From Gonapodya sp. JEL0774 (Eukaryota), in assembly GCA_027604505.1 (NCBI GenBank), contig JADIIX010000018.1:62001-126000 (forward strand): a stretch of DNA of 64,000 nucleotides, read 5' to 3'. Positions 12,357 through 25,400 of this stretch are shown one piece after another. The notes under the pieces are model-generated. The model made no database searches, was not told the origin of the DNA, and was given only the letters and a program-made list of their open reading frames with translations. The position numbers and the translations under genes are program-made. Each line of letters starts with the position of its first letter. Within the stretch, counting starts at the first letter, position 1.

Positions 12357-15300
12357 ATGGAGGCATCGCACTCGCAGGATAGCTCGAGCTCGGTGCTGGC
12401 ATCGGCAGCAGAGAAAACGGAGGAATCCACATTCAATCTCCTTTCTGAAGCGCTCACGGGAACGTTACAACGTGAGATCACTGCTACCAAACTTCCGGAA
12501 GGGGAGTTGCTGCTACAATATCTCCCCACAAAATTTGGCTAGACGATGGGGTGGAACGCGCTCTCGGCAGTATTCTTGGGTTCCTTGATGTATGTTCTTT
12601 GTCATTGATCACACAACAAGTCCGTGTTGATGTAATGCACACCCAACCAGTACGAAGTCTTTGATCTCGTCACCAACGTCGTACAACATCGACGCTTGGA
12701 CCCTGGTGAGGTCCTGTTCAGCCCCACAGTCACTTTCAGACATACCGCAATTTTAATCTCTGGACGGGTCAATATTTCCTGTATTGAATCGGGCGAGCTG
12801 CACCTACTGCACGAGGTTAAACCCGGTCGGGTCATCACGTCACTCTTCACCATCATCAATGAGCTCGTGAATGGACACCTCGCCAGTAAAGCCAATGATC
12901 GCTTCACTCGCCCTGCCAAAATCCAAGCCCTCGCAACGGATCCCACGGTTGTAGCTGTCATTCCCGAAGGGTTCTTTTCTTTGCTCCTGGAGAGTCACCA
13001 AGCCGCTGCAACCCAGATTCTTTCTTTGTTTGTGTCGCGGGTTTGCAAAATTACGTTACCCTTCATTCACCGCTATCTGGAATATTCGCACGAGCTCCTT
13101 AATATCGTGCATGCTTCGGATGTCATTGCGCCCGGGGATCTAGCATACTCCAAGTTCTGTGCTGTTCTCCACAGCAGCTCTCCAAGTGTGGACCAGCAAT
13201 CCCATCTCGACTTTTCGTCAGTGGATGCTTCTACTGCGGAAAAGGTCACGGTGCAACGTGCGTGCCTTTCCTTGATGGCCTCGTCCCTCGGCTTGTCTAC
13301 TACACAGTTCCCGCAACATGCTGCGAACGCTGTGGAGCTTCATTCTTTCGACACTGGGTATGAGCTCGTGAAAGAGAATTTCCTTTTCGAAGGACTCTTC
13401 CTTGTGCTTGATGGAACCGTCGAAGCTGTGTCCACACCGAAGCGGCCTGGACAACAGATTATCAGTTTCTGGGAGCTTGGTCGGGGATCCCTGGCAGGAG
13501 CGCTCTCGGCAATTATTTTTCAACCGTCACCCGTTTGTTGGCGAGCCAAAACCCCCGTTCGCCTCGCGTTCCTCCGAAACTCGGTGTATCTCAAAGTTGC
13601 TGACTCCAATCCAATTCTGCTGCGAAACCTCATGCGACAATTCTTAGTCAACGTTGGATTTTGTACCTTGGCTTTTGATTATGCAACAGAGTGGAGGTAA
13701 GTACAAACATAAACCGAGCTCACTACGATATACTTACAAATGGTTCATATGCTTAGACGCTATTGGGCTGGGTCCACTATTGTTGAGCAGAACACCAAAG
13801 CAAATGAAGTTTTCAAAGTGGTGTCTGGTCGAATTCGTACGTGCATGAACAGTGTGCATCAGTCGGAGGCGGTGAACCAGCTGCAGGTTGATGCTTACAG
13901 AAACGAAGAGATTGCGACACGGGTTGCCGGAGATCATGGCGCTGTCCCACCCAACGGATTGTGGAGACAGATGACAAAAGTCTCACTTCCTTTTGTGTCT
14001 CCTTTCTCAAAAAGGACAGCAACTTTGATAGCCCCAATTAAATCATCAAGAACCCCAGAAGCGTCCGGAATCGATGTTTCTACCTCTATTACATCCGAAC
14101 GGGGATATGGAGAGACATTAGGAGAACTTCCTGTCTTGACTGACGGCGAATACGAGGAAACCTGCACAGCTTTAAGGGACACTCACATGGCAACGCTTCC
14201 CCGAAGCTTCATCCAAACGATTGTTTTCCTATTTCCCCAGATGTCAAGAACGATAAGCCGCATTGTTGCGCAAACTTTGACGGAAAAGAAGAACACTGAC
14301 TCCCGGTACCCAGAGCAATCTGGATTTGGAAGCGTGTTCGGGGATCCAAGCTCTACGTGCAACATAATTGCTATTGTTCCCATCTCCAAGAAGGTGAGCA
14401 AGGTTAACATGAAGAATCGTACCTTATTCAATCGTGAATGAGCAAAACCACTTGAAGGTACCCGTCGCAGAATTCACCTTGAAACTGAGCGAAGGCTTCG
14501 CGTCAGAGGGAGCTGAAACATCTACTTTGACCGAAAAGGAGGGTGGTGAGCTTATGGGATCTCAGCTACTTGCCAACTCGTCAGAACTTCGGTTACAAGC
14601 ATGGTTGATCAATAAAGAGCATCGTGGGACTTATGTACTGATGCTGGCTGATGGCACTCCCAACTCCGAGTGGACAAAGCAATGTGTCAAGCAATCCGAT
14701 ATCATCCTTTTTATAGCGTTTGGCGACTATGGGAGATTCGAGATCGGAGAGTTCGAGAACTCCCTTCGCCCAGAATCGCTTGCTGTGCGCAAAGTCCTGG
14801 TGTTATTGCATAGAGCAAGGGAAGTAGTACCGGGGAGTACAAAGGAGTATCTGTTGAGGCGACCATGGATTGCGAGGCACTTGCATGTATGTAACAATGT
14901 TTCTCCCAACCATTCCTTGCGGTTGAATATCGCTAATGTTTTTTGAACTCTTGTTGATTAAGGTTCTAATCGACACCCTCCCCAATATCAGCGATGACTC
15001 TTCGATGTACTCCGTCTCACCTAAGAGCAGAACGCTGTTGCTCAGGATGCTTACCCGTCTTGAAACCTTGCACGTCTCAAATAAGCCGACAAGTAGGCTC
15101 TGGGACATTTCGAGTGCTCCAAATTCTGAGGCACTTGCGGCAGATAGAAGGTCCGACTTTTCCAGATTGGCTCGAATGATGATGTGAGTCGAATTTTTAT
15201 GGAGTGTGACCACCCTAACCACCGAATGACGGCAGGAACAAAGCTATCGGTATCGTCTTTGCTGGTGGTGGTGCGAAAGGATCAGCACATATTGGTGTAC

Positions 15301-16594
15301 TCCGGGCTCTAGAAAGCTGTGGGATTAAAGCAGACTTTTTTGGTGGAACTTCAATAGGGGCTTGCGTTGGTGCGGTAGGTGGCGCTCTTTGGATCACTCC
15401 ATCAACAAGTGCAATTACGACACCTAACTGGATAGCTATATGCTAAATCGGGCAATCTCGTGGAAGTGGACGCAAAAATGAGATATGTTTTCACTCGACT
15501 TGCCTCTATCGAGCGTGTGTTCGATTTGACATTGCCATTTACAAGTTTGACCCGAGGTGAGCGATCATTCTCTCGATTTTGATTGCATGGCGGAAACTTA
15601 GATTAACTTGTATCAGGGAAATTGTTTAATGATACACTGAAGAAAGTACTCGATTTCGAATTAGACATCGAGGACTTATGGTTCCCATTCTTTTGCAATG
15701 CTATTGGTGAGCAGTACCTGGTTCGGAGACTTGGTTTGTGAGTTGATTTCACAAAAAAGAAGTTCAATTTAGATATTTCAAACTTTGAGCACCGGCTTCT
15801 CCACGGTGGGGTTGCGTGGAGGCGCGTTCGTGCCTCTATGTCTTTGATGGGCTTGGTACCACCGGTACCTGACGGTGACGGTCACTTGTTGGTGGACGGT
15901 TCGTGCAATCTCATAAGTTGAGTTGAGATTATATATTCGAATACTCGCATTTGTCTCTGAAGGTGGATATTATGATAATTTACCCGCGACTGCCATGAAG
16001 GCGTTCGGAGCTGCATATGTTATTGCAATTGATGGTGAGCCGCTGGTAGTTCTCATAAAGAATGTGACGATTTTGACCTAATTACCGAAGCAGTTGCAGC
16101 AGATTTTGACAAGCGCCCTGTCGAGCATGATATCATTGAGCTCTCGGGATGGCGCGCAGCGTTTTTGGGACAGCCGAGGAACAAGACGACTCACAGACCA
16201 ATACCTAGCATGCTGGAACTTCAAAACCGCATGATGTTTTTTACTCAACAACAGCGAGGCAACACCCCCAAGAATATGCATAATGGTGGGAACTAAAGTG
16301 ACAGCTTTTGGAGACAACGAAGTACCATGATGTGAAGGCGTATGATCGTCAACCGCAGTGTTCTATTTCCGACCACCAATCGATGATTATACAAGTCTCA
16401 ACTTCGGCCATTATGATGCTTTAGTTCCAATTGGAGAAAAGGTCGGTCGACACCAATTGGTAAAACTATTTTATATCTGATCGAACAGATTCACCTAGGA
16501 GGCGATAGCAAAATTTGGTCAGTGGAAAAGAAACGCAGACGCAGCACCGTTATTTGGACCTCCCACGCCAGCCACCACAGAAATTTATAATTAA
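12357..16594 (+). CDS. NTE1/PNPLA6-like patatin lysophospholipase with cNMP-binding-like domains, paralog A
   Basis: cNMP-like domains; [24 protein letters not shown], nucleophile motif [24 protein letters not shown]; about 12 GT-AG introns. Confidence 0.9.
12696..13651 (+). repeat. Left arm of a 956-bp near-identical inverted repeat (partner 19857-20812)
   Basis: Direct comparison shows runs of more than 100 nt identical including synonymous sites. The two arms have equal length and no indel was seen. Confidence 0.95.
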
Positions 16595-16920
16595 GTTTGG
16601 GGAATCCTTTAGGTCTCAATAGGACAGAACACAATATGTACACATATTACACCCCCGAAAACCAAGATTGCGTCCAACATCTAGATCCCGTTTTGTAAAC
16701 GAAGCCATCTGTATTCTCTGTTCTTCCATGCCGGTGCTTGATTCTAGTTGGACGCAACCACATTCGCATCCTGCAAAGTCATCTTGGGGACCAGGAACCG
16801 TCAACAATGATTAGTTCCTGTTCAAAATTTGTAGGCCCTGCGCAGATTCACAAAATCAAAGGAATTTACTGCGAAATGTGAATTCTAAAACCAATATAAT
16901 TCACGTACATATCATCATCA

Positions 16921-19900
16921 TCAAGCTGCGCAGTTGGGGTTTGTAGGTTCCTTTGATGTAGGCTCAGCATGAATACCAAGAATTGCGACACACTCTTTAC
17001 TCTGCTTCCATTCACTAAGCAACGTTGATGCCTCCTTGAAGGAATGAGCAAAGTCAGTTGAAGGATAGGCACAAATAAGCCCGTCGGCACATACTTGCTC
17101 TCCTACCGGAACAATTTCGTCATAGCAACTGAAGTTGAGACTGTTGTACGCGTCAAGAGGTGGTCGAATATAGAGAACTGCAAGTAGAAAAGCGTTCAAT
17201 ATTAATGCTCACTTGAAGCATCCAAATGCATGCTAGCGGGATCTTCCTCACCGTTGTGCATAGTCTTTAAATTGTTGATTTGCTGTTGTTGGGCAAAAAA
17301 CATGATTCGATTTTGAAGATCTAGGAGGCTGGGTATTGGCATGTACGTTTTCTTGTCCTTTGGCTTTGCAAACAATGCAACCCAGCCGGAAATTTGGACA
17401 CTGTCACGCTCCACAGGCCGTGTGTCAAACTGCCCCGCAACTAAGCCATCCACAATAATGAGAATTTTTGCTTTGAATACGGGCTATCTTTGACTCACCA
17501 TCAACCGCAATAACATGTGCGGCTCCGAAAGCTGTCATGGCTCGTGCGGGTACATTGTCGTGATATCCACCTTCAAAATAGTTATGTAGCCACACTAGTT
17601 TTGTGGCCAGAGACCAGAAAAAACGTACCATCCATCAACAGGCAGCCGTCGCCGTCCGAAACTGGTGGCATTATGCCCATCAGGGACATCGAGGCGCGAA
17701 CACACCTCCACGCCATCCCTTCGTAGAGATACCGGGACTGGAGTTTAGTAACGTCTAGTTCGAAAAGGTTCCCGTGAGAAAGACGCAGACGCTGTAGCTC
17801 CGAATCCTAATTGCTTACCGATAACATTGCAAAAAAACGGTAACCAAAAATCTTCGATTTGTATTTGAGAGCCAAAGGCCCCCTTAATGGCATCGTTCAC
17901 TCCCTTGCCTGGGAGAATTGATTGAGCATTCCGATAACGATGCTGAAAACAAAACGGGAATGATCTTCCAATTACCTCGAAATATACCCACAAAGGGCAA
18001 GGTTAGGTCCAGCAGGTAGCCAATCACACTGTTGAACTTAGCAAAGATGCATCTAAGCTTTGCATCCACCTCTTCGATACTCCCGGACGTGGCATAAATC
18101 TAACGTTTCACGTTTACAGGTGAAATCGATTGTGGTACGGACACGGTAATTACACTTACCGCACCAACACAAGCCCCCATAGACGTTCCTCCAATAAAAT
18201 CTACCACAATCTCGTGGCTCTCGAGCGCCCGAAGAACTCCAACATGAGCCGCACCTTTGGCCCCACCCCCGCCAAACACTAAACCGATAGACTTGTTCCT
18301 GCGATCCAACCGGAAATAAGAAAAGCAATTAGCCTCAATTCACGTGGACTCACATCATCATTCTGGCTAATCTTGAGAAATCAGACCGCCTATTGGAGGA
18401 CAATGGAATCCTGGACTTATGGCCACCTGACACATCCCAAAGCTTTGTGGATTTATTGGAGACATTTAGAGTCTCAAGACGTGTGAACATTCGGCCTAGT
18501 TTAGTTTGGAGACGAGACAGAGGAAATGCGATCGGTGGATCAGAGAGGACGGAAGAGGTCTCGTAGTTATCGGCAAGAGACTCCAGTTGTACCTGCAATA
18601 CCCAAATAATTCACACTGTTGAGAAATGGCAGCAACTGAGTCACAAATTTTCTTACATGCAAGTGCCGTGCAATCCACTTTCGCTTTACCAAAAATTCCT
18701 TGGTACTACCAGGAATCACATTCTTTGCCTTGTGTAGTAAAACCAGTACCTTTCGCACAGCAAGTGAGCTTGGGTGCAGAACGTTCTCAAACTCTCCAAG
18801 CTCAGATCTGCCATTGTCCCCCAATGCAACAAAGAATATGATATCGGACTGCTTCACACATTGTTTTGTCCAAGAAGATTGAGGTGCACCATCGGCCAGC
18901 ATAAGTACATACTCTCCTCGATACTCTTTGTTGAGCAACCACGCCTGCAACCGAAGTTCTGAAGAGTTGGCATTGAATTGAGTAGATCCAATCAGCTCGG
19001 CACCATCCGTCTCTGATAAAATTGACGCGTCGGCACCCTCAGATGCAAAGCCTTCGCTCAATTTGGTCGCGAAATCTTTGATAGGCACCTAAAAGCATGG
19101 ATGTTCGATTGAAAAGTAAAACCGCGCAGGGGGGTTTGTCTTTCTTTGATTTTTCGTTTCGCTTACCTTCTTGTAAATGGGAATGATACCAATGATGTGA
19201 CATGTTCCCGACCGATCCTCGTTCTCCATTCCTGCCGATCGGCTATCTCTCACATTCTCTGCAATAATACAGCTGATTGCTTTCGCCATCTGTGGGAATA
19301 AATTAACCATCGTGTGAATGAAGGTGCGGGGGAGGGTTGCTATGTGAGTATCCCTCAACGCTGTGCACGTCTCGTCATAGTCTCCGTCGATCAAAACGGG
19401 CAACTCCCCGAGGGTCTCGCCAACTCCTTTTTCGGACGTAAGCAGAGTCGAAGGTCCATCCATTCTTGATAGATCGGATGTAGTGGGTTCCTTGACAGTG
19501 GGGAGCATTGTTACTGTCCTCTTTGACAAAGGCGAAATGTACGAAGAATAAAGACTTGATGATTGTCGTACTTCGTCATCGAGCTTTTGGAAGTCACTGC
19601 CCTCCACACCTTCCGAGAGGTTTCGCGTTGGGTACTTTGAAGCCCTCTGCGACCCGCTGCTGATTGACATACGAATTCGACCTGACACCACTTTGAAAAC
19701 TTCATCGGCGGGTGTGCACTGATGGAAGATAGTAGATCCAGATGAATAGCGCCTAAACAGGAGAATTAGATACGGGTGCTCATATTCCTCCAATTAAAAC
19801 TTCGAACGTGCCTCCACTCCGTTGCATAGTCAAACGCCAAAGTGTTGAAGTCAATATTGACTAAGAATTGTCGCATGAGGTTTCGCAATAGAATTGGATT

Positions 19901-21053
19901 GGAGTCAGCAACTTTTAGATACACTGAGTTTCGGATGAAGGCGAGGCGAACGGGGGTTTTGGCTCGCCAACAAACGGGTGACGGTTGAAAAATAATTGCC
20001 GAGAGCGCTCCTGCCAGGGATCCCCGACCAAGCTCCCAGAAACTGATAATCTGTTGTCCAGGCCGCTTCGGTGTGGACACAGCTTCGAGGGTCCCATCAA
20101 GCACAAGGAAGAGTCCTTCGAAAAGGAAATTCTCTTTCACGAGCTCATACCCAGTGTCGAAAGAATGAAGCTCCACAGCGTTCGCAGCATGTCGCGGGAG
20201 CTGTGCAGTAGACAAGCCAAGGGAGGAGGCCATCAAGGTAAGGCAAGCACGTTGTACCGTGGCTTTTTCCGCAGTAGAAACGTCCACTGACGAAGAGTGG
20301 AAATGGGAGTGCTGGTCCACACTCGGAGAGTTGCTGTGGAGAACAGCACAGAACTTGGCGTAAGCTAGATCCTCGGGCGCAATGACATCTGAAGCATGCA
20401 CGATATTAAGGAGCTCTTTCGAATATTCCAGATAGCGGTGAATGAAGGGTATCGTAATTTTGCAAACCCGCGACACAAACAAAGAAAGAATCTGGGTTGC
20501 AGCGGCTTGGTGACTCTCCAGGAGCAATGCAAAGAACCCTTCGGGAATGACAGCTACAACCGTGGGGTCCGTTGCGACGGCTTGGATTTTGGCAGGGCGA
20601 GTGAAGCGATCATTGGTTTTACTGGCGAGTTGTCCATTTGCGAGCTCATTGATGATGGTGAAGAGTGACGTGATGACCCGACCGGGTTTAACCTCGTGCA
20701 GTAGGTGCAGCTCGCCCGATTCAATACAGGAAATATTGACCCGTCCAGAGATTAAAATTGCGGTATGTCTGAAAGTGACTGTGGGGCTGAACAGGACCTC
20801 ACCAGGGTCCAACCGTCGACGCTGCACCGCTTGGGCGACGAGTTCGAAGACTTCACGCTGGTGGGTGTGCAAACAAATTGAATCATACTTTTTGTGTGAC
20901 CAATGCGAAAGGTCATACCTCCAGGAATCCAAGAATATTCCCGAGAGCACGCTCCACTGCTTCATCCATCAAAAGATCGGGTGTTGAAGTGGCGTCTTCC
21001 CATGTTCTCGGAGTTGGGACAACCGCGATGTCGGTATGTGCATTTCCTGTCAT
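16921..21053 (-). CDS. NTE1/PNPLA6-like patatin lysophospholipase, paralog B (convergent with A)
   Basis: Same architecture and mostly the same intron positions as paralog [22 protein letters not shown]. The start at 21053 is the first in-frame ATG and is uncertain. Confidence 0.9.
19857..20812 (-). repeat. Right arm of the inverted repeat (partner 12696-13651)
   Basis: Reverse complement matches the left arm; the ORF track shows near-duplicate peptides in several frames. Confidence 0.95.
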
Positions 21054-22494
21054 GGTCTGACTTTCCGCAACGGACGAAAGTGAGAATGAAGTTCTTTCAA
21101 TTGGATGAAAAGACGTTGCTGACGACGGATCGGATGTTTAAAAATGCTCCCGTTCCATCACCTGCGGGCCTGAGGGATGCATGAGCCCAATTTCGAGCTT
21201 CTACACAGACTTGCCGGATTCAGCTGTGCCGAACTGAGATAAACTCACCGGAGATGTCCACTGAGTCGGTTTGAGTTTGAGGGCAACCTACCTCATATTA
21301 TATCCGATCAGCCGCGGACGGAGGCACTGGCGGACCTGTTGTGACCGTTCGTTTCCGTTTGTCTTTTTGTCCGAGCGCTTGTCCCAGCAGTGGGAAGATG
21401 GGTATGATGGATTCTTCATCGGATGCGCGTGTCGTGATCACAGTCAAGAATTGATTGGAATGTAAATGGAGGAGACGGCCAGCAAGACCTTCGTATGCCG
21501 TTGCTGCTCATACTGGAGTAGCAACCCGACCCATGACGATGCCGTAGCCGCGGCAATGGGGACTTGACGGACGCCACCACAGGTGTAAGACTAGTGTTGG
21601 ATGGGGCTTCGAAAATGGAGGGGATTCGACACCCGATCCAGGCACTCATTTCGTACAACTCTATACTCAACATGGTGTCTGGAGAGCCTCCGAGCATGAA
21701 TGACACGCTTTGGATCTTCCAGAGGCACGTCCGTCCGTGGGTGGCCAGGCTCTATGGTTCAGACCAATGTCCGTGTGTATACAACAACTCTGTGGAAGAA
21801 AATAATATCCATTCACCGCGAGGGAGATAATGTCTCCATCCCCATCGATCACGAACTGCTCGAGGCGCATATTATTGTGCCGAAACGCTCGATGGAATCA
21901 CTAGCTACAGTCCTTCATCCCGTGGCTGACAACTTCGGAGCCGACAGGTAGTGAAAGTTCACTTGACATGCAAGAGTGTGTAGGAATATCGAAGACGGGG
22001 GCAACAATGATGAAAGAGAGGCCCAATAACATGAACATCGTCGCATGGTAGACATGCATAGAAGAAAGTAAACTACTCAGGTAAAACAATTCGGTCAGGA
22101 ACGATACAGACAGCGAGATTCAAGGTAGAAAGACAATTCTATTTGATGCTATTTTCGGCTTGCATGCATATCACACTGGTAGTGTTCTCGCGTCCAACCC
22201 TTTTCTTCACCATTCTGAGCAAAATCCTTCCGCTGGCAACACAGAACGTGCTAAAATGCTATGCACCACTTGGAAGAGTTCGTTCATGCAGGTACATGCG
22301 TTTCCTGTGTTGGATGAACAGTTCATGCATTATACGTGTTTTGGACCCTTTTCCGACTACTTTTCTATTACTGTGGCTGGGAACTCATATTATTTATTAT
22401 ATAGAATACTGGAATATATGCACCAACAGAAGAAAACCCATCCACTCGTTACTTTATAACGTTGAGAAGTCCACATCGACTTCTCGACTCAACT

Positions 22495-25400
22495 ATGAAT
22501 GAATCAGAGAATCGACCGTTCATGAGGGATATCACCCGGCTGAGCAGGAAACTTACTTCCAAATCTCAGGCCTCCGAGATTGGAGTTTCTCCTGGATTGA
22601 GCAGGAGATTGACCACGAAATCTCAGCTCTCGGAAATCGGACTTCAAGGTGAGCTTGCTGCGTGCAAAGTCACGGACCGAAAGAGTCTCTAGGTTCTCAC
22701 CGTCGCTAAACTTTACAGAAACGGAGGTCGATTCTTTCTTGAAACAACTCAAGAACAAAGCTGCTGAAAATGGATACGACCAAAAAGAGGCAACACTGAT
22801 ATGGCGTGACATCCGGGTGGTCGGCAGCAAATCTTTGGTGACAGAGGGAATACCCACGTTGGGCAGTGTACGATCGGCTTCAAAGACCTGCACTCCCCTA
22901 TGAATGCGCACTCATCGATTTGTCCATCCGGCTCCACAGTCATTCCTCGGAGTCTTAAAGCTCCCTTTGACTCCCTTTATGTACCTGCTGTCAAAGGTTA
23001 AAACCTCCCCAGTCGATAACTCTGCTACTCTTCTTCACCCCACATCCGGATTTGTTCGGCCCGGAGAAATGCTTCTCGTTTTGGGAAAGCCCGGTGCTGG
23101 CGCTGGACCCCTAGTGAGAGTCATTGGTAAGACACCCGAGAGGCTCAAAAAACTGTACAGCGAGGTGGATGGAGACATAACAATTAACGGGATCGCAAGT
23201 GCTGAATTCAAGGTAGGTTCAACCGAGAGACCTCGAACGAAACCTCAGTCGGGAATTGATGAGCGCGCATCTCTGTTGGGGAGCAGAAACGGTACGAGAA
23301 TGAAATACTTTACAGTGGCGGTAAGCAAGTTCCTAGATCTGGCGTACCCATGCTATTTTCAAGCAACAATCTTTATACGGGCAGATGATGACCTCCACAT
23401 TGCATCCCTTACTGTCCGACAAACCCTGTCGGCTGCATTGAACTACAAAATCGGTCACACAAACACGGACCGTGGTGTGGAAGGAGTACGAGAAGACCAT
23501 TTGAATTTTCTGCAGGAATGGCTTGGATTGAAAGGGGCCATGGACACCGTGGTAGGAAACGAATTCTTGAGAGGTGTGAGTGGCGGCGAAAAAAAGAGGG
23601 TGTCAAGTGAGTCAGCGGTGCCGGATACTCCTCTTCCAGGCTGTGCGTGCTCACGACAGTGCCCTGAACAGTTGCGGAACAGCTGACTGGATCTGCGGCG
23701 ATCAACGTGTGGGACCAAACAACAAAGGGACTGGACGCGACGTACGCTCTTCAAGTCATGAAGGGATTTCGTTTGATGACAACTGCACTCGGCCGCACCA
23801 CCATTGTACATAGTACGTTTTGAAGCGAGCTCTTAGCGCACCCAATACTTACTTATCTGTTCAATTCTAGTCAACCAAACCAGTGACTCTATTTACCGAG
23901 TCTTTGATCGCGTTCTTCTCCTGTCCCATGGCCGGACTATCTACTGTGGGCCAACTTCAACGGCTCAAGCCTACTTCCAGAAGCTCGGTTTTCGCCCGCT
24001 ACCGAGGCAGAGTGTGCCCGACTTCATCAATTCGGTGACAGAAGTCAACGAACGAGTGCTCGCAGAGGGTGTTGACCCGTCAACCGTTCCGTCCACCGCC
24101 TTAGAATTTGAGAAGGCGTGGCTGGCATCCGAGGTGCGTTTCTGTTCAAAATGAGACTGTTTTTGATACTCATTGCCATTGTGAATAGGATTATCATGCC
24201 ATGATGCGGGATCTCGGGGCGTTGGAGCAAAAACTGGTGTCGAACAAAAGTGCTGAAACTTTCCATGCTGCTGAAACCGCATTCCGTGAGGAGAATTTTA
24301 GCTCCACTATCGACTCTGTTCGGTCGCGTACAACATGGGAGCAAGTGAGTCCCTTCTTCGAGTCAGCGTCGGGCCTGGATATTTTGGGTGACTGTTTCTA
24401 TTCACCGGTTGCAACAGTTCAAAATGTCCCTCTCACGTGAATTCAATCTGATGAGGGGACAGCCCACACTTACTATCGGCACACTACTCTTTGTCCTCAT
24501 TCTGGGTCTCTGCATGGGTACGATGGCCATCCGCCTTCCTTTGACCCCGATTGGAGCATTCACGCGAGGTGGTGCCGTTTTCTTTAGCTTGTGAGTAGAA
24601 TTTCGGGGTAGAATCACGTTGATGGTGAACTGGCTGGACGCTCATACTCATTTCGAGGTTAGGCTTCTCAACACGATCCAGACACAAACCGATATTCCCA
24701 GAATGGTCGCAGAACGCTCTTACGTCTACAAGCACAAGGAATGGACTTTCTATCGGGCAGGCGTGCGCTATGTGGGTGATGGAGTTCTCAAAGGCGAATA
24801 CCACAAAGACTCACCATCGGTTTCGTCTTCAGATGGCATGGGTTGTCGCAGACATCCCAGTTCGAATACTAGCATCTTTGATGTTCACATTGTTCTACTG
24901 GACAACTGGCTTGAATCCCGACCCTGTGCGATTCGTAACCTTTTTGCTCTTCAACTTTTTCGCCGGAGCTTGTTACTCTTCGTTCAGCCGGTGAGTGTTA
25001 TGGACTGCACCCTCAATGATGCACGAACTGAGAACTTTGCGCCACGAAGGTTTATCACGGCGATTTCACCTGATATCAACGTTGCTCTGCGGCTGAACTC
25101 CATATGGCTGATTCCGAATTTAAGTGAGTCAATCTCTCATCACACTCTTTGTCGCTGATTACATGACAAATGGCCGGTTTGCAGTCTACTGTGGATATAT
25201 GATTCCGTATTCGGAGGTGAAGCCTTGGTTCATATGGTGGGTAGGATGAAACATGTGAGAACTGAGCGGCTGCTGAGCGGCATCTTCCCACCCAAGGTTC
25301 GTGTGGATCTCCCCACTTGCGTATTCTTTCAGAGGTGAGTCATGCATGCTTTTCTTGTTGTTGTTATACGGTTTCACTCAACATCTTCTGGCGTACAAAG

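Noticed and set aside
12357..12542. Premature stop in NTE paralog A (ORF ends at 12542)
   Set aside because: A phase-compatible intron 12472-12542 (gtgaga...ctag) restores the frame.
12696..20812. Inverted arms as terminal inverted repeats of a DNA transposon
   Set aside because: The arms are internal coding exons of two intact genes; no transposase or target-site duplication was seen.
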